Source: Delftia acidovorans NBRC 14950
GTDB taxonomy: Bacteria > Pseudomonadota > Gammaproteobacteria > Burkholderiales > Burkholderiaceae_C
Length of the DNA stretch: 32,000 nt
NCBI RefSeq assembly: GCF_001598795.1
Contig: NZ_BCZP01000024.1
Span: 1 to 32,000 of the forward strand
Direction of reading: 5' to 3'
Part shown: positions 1 to 9,200 of the stretch, piece after piece
Layout of the letters: every line of letters begins with the position of its first letter
How positions within the stretch are numbered: position 1 is the stretch's first letter
Program-made: the position numbers and the translations under genes
The notes under the pieces: generated by a model
Told to the model about the DNA's origin: nothing
Seen by the model: only the letters and a program-made list of their open reading frames with translations
The model's database searches: none

Positions 1-2
1 TC

Positions 3-128
3 GCCTATCTCAAGCAACTGCACCCCGACAAGGTGGGGCAGTACCGAGCGAGTCTGCAGACCATCCGCGCCGAACTGGCGCGCCGGGTGCAGGAGTTGGA
101 CAGCGAATTGAAGGAGTGCGAACAATGA
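3..128 (+). CDS. C-terminal fragment (41 aa) of an unidentified upstream protein (...AYLKQLHPDKVGQYRASLQTIRAELARRVQELDSELKECEQ*)
   Basis: Open from the window edge in frame 3 with high third-position GC. Its TGA stop (126-128) overlaps the next ATG (125-127) as ATGA, suggesting translational coupling. Confidence 0.4.
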   Translation, partial: AYLKQLHPDKVGQYRASLQTIRAELARRVQELDSELKECEQ

Positions 129-1708
129 ATTTGGGAAGTGGTTTCGCTGCAGGCCTGGCACAGGGCCAGCAATTTACGAGGGGCATTGCTGATGCCTATC
201 GCGCCGGTCAGCAAATGAACGATGCGCGCGACCAGGCGGCGCAGAAAGAGGCGTTGAAGGGCATTGCCAGTGCCACCGCCGTGGAGTCCACGGGCTACAC
301 CGCCGATCAGGGCAAGGAGCTGGAAGGCTTGGCCGCCAACGGCTACAAGATCGACTTTGACGACGCACAGAAGGCCTATGTCGCGAGCAATGAAGCCGGC
401 GACACCAAGACCATCGCCATGCAGGGCGTGACCGATTTCATGGGCGAGCGCACGCAGGGCTCGATGAGCCGCGAGCAGCAGGACAGCACGCGCATGCTGG
501 CCATGGCCGACGTGATCGGCCGCACGGACCCAGAGCGCGGCCTGCAGATGCGTCAGCAGTTCCGCCAAGGCCAGCATGCTGAAAGGCGCCAGGCCCGCGA
601 GGAAAAGCAATGGGCCAGAGAGGACGGTATCGAGGCGCTGGACAAGGAAATCGGACAGTCGTTCAAGGATTCCCTGCGTGGTGAGGACGGAAAGGAGCGT
701 GCAGCCACGGCCGATGACTATCTGGCCAACATGCAGCAAAAAATCGCGCGCTATTCCGGCGCCGGGTTTGCAAAAGAGGCAGAGAGCGCCATGAAAGAGC
801 ACTACGCCATGGCCAACATCAAGCTGCAGACTGAAAGCAAGGAACGCGAGGCAGCCATTACCAAGACCATTGCCCGTTTGGATGCTGGTGACGCCTCGGG
901 AGTTATGGACTACTACAACAAGTTCCTGCCCACCGGGGACAAGCTCACCGGGGTGGAGCTGGGCAAGGATGGCAAGGTCGTGGCGCAGCGCGTGCGGCCG
1001 GACGGCAGCGAATTGCCGCCAATGACTATGGGGTCCATTGATGAACTTCGCACTGGGCTGCTCAAGAGCGCTGACTACAAATTCGCATACCAGATCAGCC
1101 AGGACCAGTTCACCAACAACTTGAAGCTCCGTGGCGAACGGCGCGCCGACAACGCCGACCGGCGCCAAGCTGGCGCGGATGCCCGCGCTGCAGCAGCACA
1201 CGGGCTCAACATGCAGGAGAAAGCAGAGAGCCTAAAGCAGAAGCGAGAGCTGCCTAGCATCCGCGAGGCCCTCGCAAGGGAGGCTGACCCATCCATCTCG
1301 GAAACCAAGATCCGGGGCGTGCGCGCGGGCATCGTGCCGACACCAGGGGCCGACAACGCTAAGGCCAAATACGACTACGACCCGGTGAAGGTGCAGAAGG
1401 CATTTGGTGAAACGATCCCGGCCCGTCTTCCGGGGGAAAAGGACACTGTGAAGCGCGACATGGACAAGGAGCGGCGCTTCCAGGAGTTCATGGCCGACAA
1501 CCCGAATATCCGGAGCGTAGACGAGGGGCTCATGAAATTTAATGTCACAGAAGTCAAAAACACCAGGAATGAGAAGGTCCGCCGGGCTGCCGCAGTGCGG
1601 GCGGCTATATCGCCTCAGGCTATAGCAGCCACAGCCAAGAAAAATGGAATCACGGAAGAGCAAGTCCGCGAGCGCTTGCGCGCGCACGGACTGATTCAGG
1701 TTGACTGA
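125..1708 (+). CDS. Hypothetical charged, Q/E/R/K-rich protein of the mobile-element module that precedes the giant ORF
   Basis: 1.6-kb ORF with high GC3. ATG 125 overlaps the upstream stop (the ORF track starts at GTG 116). The antisense ORF 5-1201 has shadow-ORF composition. No motif recognised. Confidence 0.65.
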   Translation: MNLGSGFAAGLAQGQQFTRGIADAYRAGQQMNDARDQAAQKEALKGIASATAVESTGYTADQGKELEGLAANGYKIDFDDAQKAYVASNEAGDTKTIAMQGVTDFMGERTQGSMSREQQDSTRMLAMADVIGRTDPERGLQMRQQFRQGQHAERRQAREEKQWAREDGIEALDKEIGQSFKDSLRGEDGKERAATADDYLANMQQKIARYSGAGFAKEAESAMKEHYAMANIKLQTESKEREAAITKTIARLDAGDASGVMDYYNKFLPTGDKLTGVELGKDGKVVAQRVRPDGSELPPMTMGSIDELRTGLLKSADYKFAYQISQDQFTNNLKLRGERRADNADRRQAGADARAAAAHGLNMQEKAESLKQKRELPSIREALAREADPSISETKIRGVRAGIVPTPGADNAKAKYDYDPVKVQKAFGETIPARLPGEKDTVKRDMDKERRFQEFMADNPNIRSVDEGLMKFNVTEVKNTRNEKVRRAAAVRAAISPQAIAATAKKNGITEEQVRERLRAHGLIQVD

Positions 1709-1717
1709 AAACAAGCT

Positions 1718-1731
1718 CCGTAGATCAGTTT
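1718..1731. repeat. Left arm (CCGTAGATCAGTTT) of a perfect 14-bp inverted repeat bracketing the protease cassette
   Basis: The reverse complement AAACTGATCTACGG occurs at 3010-3023. This arm overlaps the protease stop codon (1725-1727) and sits at the GC drop. Confidence 0.6.
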
Positions 1732-3005
1732 GTAAGAAGCTTTATATTATAGTATTTAGTCAAATATGGCCCAAGTGGTTGGTAAACTGACTTTGCTGCC
1801 GGGCCTCCGCCGAAGACTGCGCCACAGGTTCCGTCGGGATGTTCCCCGGGTGACCCAACATAAATGCCGATAGCATTAAAGGCATTCGAAACCACAGGGC
1901 CTCCAGAATCGCCGGGGCCTCCGCAGGCTGAAAATTCGCCAAAGAAGAATTCACGGCCTTTTATTGTATGACGGGTGCTTGGTGTTACTAACGTTCCGCA
2001 TCGCCAGCCATTGCTTCCTCCGGAAGTACAGATAGTTGTAAATGGTGTTGGAACTATCAGTGGCTTGACGTTTGCAAGGTTGTTGCCGGTCGTAATTATT
2101 TGCCGCTGCAAAGTATGTACGAAATTTGTGTTGCCAAAAAGAATGGCATCCATTTTGTGTTCCCAGCCATCTGCGAAAAACTCACCAATTAGTGGGCCTT
2201 TTATAGATCCGGGGCTATTGCCTGTGTTGAAATGGACAAATTTTCTTGATCTATCGTAATCAAGACAGTGCGCTGCTGTAATTGATCCTGGGTATATGTC
2301 GTCAATCACTACATGAAATCCAGTTGTGCATAAATACATGCTTTGGGTGCCATCGTATGTTGCGCCTATTTTTGTCCCAGAATATATGGTTCCCATTAAA
2401 GTAATCGGGCCATTTTGTTCTTCAAAAACAATTATTGATGTGTCAATGCCAGATCGTTGAATTATTTCTGTAATGTACTGATAGTTCTCTTTGCGACCGC
2501 GAACAAATACTTTATTTTCTTTTTCATAGACGCCGCTGCTTAGTAGAATTGCTTCGCCGCCTTGCTCAATTCCTCTGAAAATATCTGCGATTTTTGTCTC
2601 TATAGAATTTAGATAGGCTAAATTATAATTAACCTTCTTGAAAACAATTCGCTGGTTTTTATTTTGATTTTGGCTATTTTGTCGAAATATTGTTTCTTCT
2701 CCAGAAACTCCAATGACTAGTGTGGCGCGTTTATTGTCATCATATTCAATCCATGCACCACCAAATTCGTTGCCTAATTCTTGTTTTATGCTTTCCAAAT
2801 TTTTAGTTGATTCCGCTATTATGTTGTCATTATCGCTGGTTGCATATTCCTCTAGGCCGGCCGCCTTTAATGCGGATTCCTTTGAAGTATGTTTTGTAAA
2901 TGTGGTCTGATTTCCCTCGGTGACCGCATTTTCTTGGGAATAAGATGTTGTTGAAATAAGAAGGCCTAATGCAAGAAATATATTGCGCATAGTTGATTTA
3001 CTCAT
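1725..3005 (-). CDS. Secreted S1 (chymotrypsin-fold, alpha-lytic/streptogrisin-like) serine protease with signal peptide and long pro-region
   Basis: 426-aa ORF. N-terminal signal MSKSTMRNIFLALGLLISTTSYSQ. Catalytic His motif TAAHC (nt 2265-2279) and Ser motif GDSGGP (nt 1896-1913). About 36% GC between ~65% GC flanks. No Shine-Dalgarno before the ATG. Confidence 0.85.
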   Translation of the reverse strand: MSKSTMRNIFLALGLLISTTSYSQENAVTEGNQTTFTKHTSKESALKAAGLEEYATSDNDNIIAESTKNLESIKQELGNEFGGAWIEYDDNKRATLVIGVSGEETIFRQNSQNQNKNQRIVFKKVNYNLAYLNSIETKIADIFRGIEQGGEAILLSSGVYEKENKVFVRGRKENYQYITEIIQRSGIDTSIIVFEEQNGPITLMGTIYSGTKIGATYDGTQSMYLCTTGFHVVIDDIYPGSITAAHCLDYDRSRKFVHFNTGNSPGSIKGPLIGEFFADGWEHKMDAILFGNTNFVHTLQRQIITTGNNLANVKPLIVPTPFTTICTSGGSNGWRCGTLVTPSTRHTIKGREFFFGEFSACGGPGDSGGPVVSNAFNAIGIYVGSPGEHPDGTCGAVFGGGPAAKSVYQPLGPYLTKYYNIKLLTN

Positions 3006-3009
3006 TGAA

Positions 3010-3023
3010 AAACTGATCTACGG
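3010..3023. repeat. Right arm (AAACTGATCTACGG) of the 14-bp inverted repeat bracketing the protease cassette
   Basis: Perfect reverse complement of 1718-1731. It lies 5 nt upstream of the protease ATG (3003-3005) on the minus strand. Confidence 0.6.
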
Positions 3024-3257
3024 CTGCATGTTAGCCTCAAAGAGCAATGTCCTCAATAGATTGACATGAAAAATATAAAATTAATTTGTTTGCATGCTGT
3101 CTATTGGCATTGTGGTGAGCTAACGAATTGTCGATTCTTCAATGGCCGTGAGTGAGAGTGTGCAACCTCACTTATTGCACGATATAGACAAATTTGATTC
3201 CTCCGCGGTCGTACCAAGCCTGACAGCCTCAGCAGGGTTCTATCCGCGAGGTAATGC

Positions 3258-6200
3258 ATGCCCCAGACCACCCAAAGCGCCGCCGATGGCGGCGTTGACC
3301 TGTTCGAGATTGCCGGTATCAATCCCACGGCGAAGACGGCAACCCAGGCCCCGACCGGCGACGTTGACCTGTTCGAGCTGGGCGGTATCTCCATCGATGT
3401 GCCAAAGCCCAAGCCACAGGGCATTGGCGGCTATGTGGCCGATGCCATCACCGACGTGTTCAAGCGCGCGGGCGGCGCCGCTCTCTCTGGCGTGGCTGCC
3501 GTGCCCGAGGCCGCCCAGTCGGGCGTCCGCGCCACGGTGCGCAGCGGCGCCGGCGGCGACCCCGCCACGGTCATGCCCGGCGGCGCCTTCATCCCAAGCA
3601 TTGACACAGACGAGGCCATCAACGGCCCGATGACGCAGCAGCAGCTCGACCGCCGCGAGCTGCAGGCCGAGCGCGCGGCCGTTGGCGTGCGCCTGCCGGG
3701 CGCGGAGGCGCTGGCACGCGCGGGCCGCGATACGCAGAAGGCCATCAACGACACTAACAGCCAAGCCACGCAGCATGCGGTGGCCAATTCCCAGATCACG
3801 GGCAATCTGCTCAAGGGCGAGATCGACTTCGGCAAAGACCCGTCTGTGCGCGGCTTCCTGATGCAGGGCGCAGACGTGTTCGGCAGCATGTTCCCCGTAG
3901 TGGCCACGGCGCTGGCCACACGCAGCCCGGGCGCGGCCGGCGCGGTGGGCGGCGCCATGGCAGCGGGCGAGGGCGTAGAGAACGCGCGGGAGTTCATCGC
4001 CAAGCAGTCGCACGAGCAGCTGCTGGACACCAGCCCGCTGTATCGCCGCATGGTCGATGCCGGCGCGCAGCCCGACGAAGCGCGGCGGATCACCAGCGCC
4101 AAGGCCGAGGATGCCTCGGCGCTGCTGCAGGGCGCGGTGGCCACGTTCGGCGACCGCTTCACCGGCAAGCTGGTGACGGGCGGACTCGACCCGCTGCTGG
4201 CCCGCGTGGCCGGCCGCTCGGTGCTGGGCAAGACTGCGGCCGGCGCGGGCATCTCGGCGCTGGAGGAGGGCACGCAGGAGCTGATGGAAGGCGTGGCCTC
4301 GGACCTGGGCACCAAGAGCGTTGCCCACGGCAAGGAAATCGGCGAGGACTCGGCCGCCAACTTCGTGCTGGGCGCGCTGGGCGGATCAGCACCAGGTGCT
4401 GCCCGGGGCGTGGTGGCCGGCGTGAAGGATCGGGGCGCCAAGGCGGATGCCGGCGGGCGCAGCACGGTCATCGACGTGACCTACAAGGACGCCGAAGGCA
4501 ACACGGTCACGGACGTGGCCACGACCGCAGACGCTTACCCAGGTGACGGCGCTGCAGCTGCGCCTGTGCAAGACGCCCAGGCCTCGGCGCCTGTCTCGGC
4601 GCCGGCCGCGCCGCAGACGGAACAGCAGCGCGTGCAGCAGCCCGATGGCACGCCCGAAACCATGGACAGCACCACGGCTGCCACGCGCCTGGCCGAGCTG
4701 GAGGTGATCGACAGCACCACGGGCCTGAACCCGGTGCAGCAGGAGGAGCGTGCAGCACTGGCCCAGCGCCTGGAGCAGGACGCGGCGCGCGAGGCCGAGC
4801 TGGAAGCCCTGGGCGATGAGCCCCAGGCCGTGGCCGCCGAAGCTGCTGCGGACGAACAGGCCCCGGCGTTTGATCCGGGTGCAGTGCGGTCCAAGACCTG
4901 GCCCCAGTTTGTGCACGAGCGCGGCGAGAAGGTGGCCACCCTGCGCCGGGGCACGCCCATCTGGGACCAGCTGCAGCACGAATGGGCCGCAGTGAAGACG
5001 CGCCGCGCCGGCACCAACCCCGAGGGCACGGGCGCCGCCGGCACGCCGGCCCAGGAGATCCAGAACCGCGACCGCAGCCGGCCTGCCAGCGTGGTGCAGA
5101 TGCAGGGCATGGCCCAGAACCCCGACTACCTGCGGCTGGGCGTCTCGCGCAGCCCAGAGTCTGGCGCGCCCATGGTGTTCGCCGTGGGCGACCAGGCCGA
5201 CGCCGTGCAGGCGCTGGGTCGGGCCGACGTGGCCGTGATGAGCGATGGCCAGCGCGTGCCGTTCCGCTATGGCGTGATGGAGGCGGCCGACGTGCAGCCG
5301 TCCAACTTCGCGGACGGCGCCGTCAATCCGCTGTTCGACGCAGCGCACCCGGGCACGGTCAAGGCCTTGAACAACGGCCGCGTGGCAGGCCTGCGCGCTG
5401 CCTACGAGCGCGGCACGGCCGACGCCTACCGGCAGGAGCTGGCCGCCGACAGCGACATGCACGGCATCGACCCGGCCGCCATCGCCGGCATGCATGCCCC
5501 GGTGTTGGTGCGCCTGTACTCCGAGAAGGACAACCAGGTCAACATGGGCGCCAAGAGCCAAAGCCAGGCCTTGGGCCTGTCCGCCACGGAGCAGGCCGCC
5601 ACCGATGCGGCACTGGTGGACGGCGGCGTGCTGGAAGTGTTCGACAGCGGCGCCCTGGACAGTGCGGCAAACCGCGACTTTGCCCGCGCCTTCATCGGCA
5701 AGCTGCAGGAGCAGGGCCAGGACGTGGCCGGCATGGTGGACGCCAATGGCGCGCTCTCACCGGCCGGCGTCACCCGCCTGCAGGCGGCCCTTGTGCACAA
5801 GGCCTACGGCGACGGCGACCTGGTTGAATCGCTGTTCGGCTCCACCGACAACGACATCCGCGCCATTGGCGAATCCCTCAAAGCCGTGGCTGGCGAATGG
5901 GCAAACCTGCGCCTGGCGGCCGAGCGCGGCGCCATCAATGCCGAGGTGGACGTGACCGAGAACCTGCTGCAGGCCATCCGCCTGGTGCAGAAGGCCCGGC
6001 GCGAGCGCGCGGCCCTGCACGACGCTGTGCAGCAGGTGGACATGCTGACGGGCGACGTGCCCGATGCCCTGACCGTGGGCATGCTGCGCCTGCTGTACAG
6101 CGGCCATTACCTGACCCGGCCCGTGGGCCGCGACCGCCTGGTGGAGTCCCTGCGCGCATACATGGGCGCTGCCTTAGCGACCTCGGCCAGCGGTGATATG

Positions 6201-9200
6201 TTCGGCGAGCAGGTAGGCCCTGCCGCAATCCTTGCTGCCCTGAGCGGCCAACCCGTCCCAAAGCGACAACAGACCAATGACACAAGCACCGACTCCCAGC
6301 AAGCCCCAGCCCCGCAAGGCAGCCGAGAACCCCCTGGCAGCGATGCTGCTGGGCAGCGTGCTGATGCAGCAGGGCCAGAAGCACAGCGACAAGAGCCAGA
6401 CGGAGCAGGGCGAGCAGCTGCTGGAGATCGCGCAGAACGCCCAGGGCAAGATGCCGACGCCGACAGCGGCGCCGTAGCGCCCGCGCTGGAGCTTTCCAGC
6501 TACACCCCCGAAGAAATCCAAGCCCAGCAGGCCCAGCAGCAGGAGGCCGAGCAGCGCCGTGCGCGCGACGATGCCAAGGCAGATGCGGACGCGCGGGCCG
6601 AGCGCGAGCGCAAGGAAGTGGCCGAGCGCCAGACTGCCAGCGCCGAGCACTTCCAGCTGGGCCAGGATGCGAACGACTCGCTGAGCGGGCAGAAAGGCAT
6701 CTTCGATGCGCCGGCCGAAGCCGAGCCGGCCCAGCGCCACGATCTGGAGGCCATGTTCGACGAGGTGCTGGACGAGGTGGTCACGGAGCGCCAGGCCTCG
6801 CCCCGCTCCGGTGACTCGGTGCCGCACGGCAAGGCCTTGACGCAGGAGGCCGCCCAGGCTGCAGCCCAGGACTACCTGCGCTGGCTCGGCGCAAAGGCGC
6901 CCGGGGATGTGCGCCCCGGCATCCATGGCGGCTACACCTTCGAGGGCGGCCCCGGTGCCGTGCGCGTGAAGGCCGGGCACATCAAGGTGGACGGTCAGGA
7001 CCGCCTGCAGTTCCCGATTCAGCGTCTGCTCAAGCTGGCTGACCCGGCCAAGCCCAAGCCGCGCGGCCAGGCCGCCCAGAAGGCCGCCGGACAGGAAGCC
7101 GCGCGGGCGGCCTATTTCACGCCGGACAACATCGTCCGAAGCCAAGACGGCAGCCACGATCGCGTTGTCTCGTACACGGCACCCGATGCGGATGGCCGCT
7201 GGAGCGTCACCGTGCGTCCCGTGGAAAAGGAAGGCAATTCATGGGTGGATGTGCCAGGTCTGCGCGAGCGCACCCACGGCACGCAGCCCGATACCCGTGC
7301 ATTGAAGGCCGGCCCGGTCGCTCAGGCGCAGCCCGAGCGCGGCGCCGGTGAGGCACTGGCCAGCGCAGCCAAGAATGCCGGCGCGGGCCTGGCCGCCGCC
7401 ATCGATGGGCTGGGCGAGCTGTTCGGCGGCGCGGGCAAGCTCGGCTCAGGCCTGTCCTTCGATGAGCAGACATACGCCAAGGCCAAGCCGCTGTTTGCCC
7501 AGGCCGTGGCCAACCTGCAGGTCGCCGGCACTGACCTGCGCGATGCCATGCGGGCCGTGGTGCGCATGGTCGTAGACAAGTTCGGCGCCGAGGCGGCCGT
7601 ACGAATGAAGCCGTATGTTGTGCGCTACATCGAGGAAATGCGCGACAAGCATGCCGCATTCCCCGAAAATACCTCCAACGGAAAGGACACCTCCCATGTA
7701 TCAGGCTCCGCTGCCCATCTGGAACGAAATCGCCCGGAGTCAGCCGGTGCTCCCTCCGATGCTTCCCTCGATGCGCGAACTGTTCAGCGCGACACCCGAG
7801 ACTCTGCCAGCGCTGATCGACAAGCACCTGGACAAGCCGGCCGAGGCGATGGGGCTGGACACTCCGACGACGCTGGCTTTTCGGCTGGTGATGCCGCTGT
7901 TTATGGAAAACGAAGCGATCAGCGCATTCATCGAGGCGAAAGGCCAACCGCAGCTTCGCAGCTGCTTGCCGGAACTGACAACGGTCAGGGAGTGTCTGGA
8001 GCTGGCCGCACTGGAATACCGGCTCGACCAGTCACAACTGGCCAGCTTGCAGCGATCACTCGTGCAGCACGCGCAGCGGCTCGAAACCGAAGCGATAGCA
8101 GCAATGAACGCAGCGCAGAACGCGCAGTAGGTCCGGCGGTTGCGCCCAGCGCGGGCGAGGCCGCGCACCTGGCCAAGGGCGAGCAGCCGGCCCGCGCGCA
8201 TCGGCAGATCGACCTGACCGACGCGAGCAGCGTGGAGGAGCTTTTCGAGCGGCTGGAACACCTGGACCTGCCCACACGCACCAAGCCTCGGCAGGCCGCT
8301 GCAGCTGCTGGACCAGCGCCTGTAGGCGCCCAGCCGGCCACGGTGCCCAGCACGGCCACCCCACAGGCCCAGCCCGCGCCGGCCCAGCTGGCTACGGGGG
8401 AGCCCGGCTCCCTGAGTGGCCAGCTGCAGCGCGACGGGCGCCCGCTGGTGCCGCACACGACCAAGGGCGGCAAGCCGCTGCAGGGCATCGTCATGCAGGG
8501 CGTGGACCGGGACACGGCCATGCTCTACGACCCATACACCTTCAAGAAGGACGGCGGGTATTTCATCCGGGCCAAGCACCTGGCGCGCGAGGGCGTGGGA
8601 TTCCGGCGCGGTGAGAGCGCCGTGGCGCCGGCCATGACGGCCGACCTGGCGCAGGAGCTGCTGCGCATTGCCGGCAGCACGGCGCCTGCCGGTGGACGTG
8701 GAGCCCAGCAGGCGCCCATGGCGCGCGCGCAGAAAGTCGTGGACGAGGTGCGCAAGGCCTGGGCCAACGCGCCGCGCATCAACGTGGTGTTCGACCTGCA
8801 AGACCCGCGCGTGCCCCAGGAAGCGCGCGACACGGAGCGGCTGCAGGCGGCCGAGGGTGCAGAGGGAGTGCCCAAGGGCTTCTACTTCGATGGCGAGGTC
8901 TACCTGGTGGCGAGCCAGCTGGCCACGCCAGAGGAAGCGACCCGCGTGCTCTTCCACGAGGCGCTGGGCCACCACGGGCTGCGTGGTGCCTTTGGCGAGA
9001 AGCTGGACGCGGTGCTGGACCAGATCATCGTGGCCCGCCCGCGCGAGGTGCGCGCCAAGCTGCAGGAGTATGGCGAGCTGGACGACCTGGTGGGCCGGCG
9101 CTACGCGGCCGAGGAGGTGCTGGCCGAGATGGCCGAGATGCAGCCGCATCTGGGATTCGTGCGCCGCGCCGTGGCAGCCATCCGCGCCTGGCTGCGCGCC

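Noticed and set aside
8100-8135. Programmed ribosomal frameshift or stop-codon recoding at the TAG ends of the nested ORFs as the way back into the giant frame.
   Set aside because: There is no slippery heptamer or re-pairing possibility at CAG-TAG-G, TTC-TAG-G or CCG-TAG-C. Read-through in frame 1 gives junk and hits another stop shortly afterwards. The giant frame is open throughout, so no recoding is needed.
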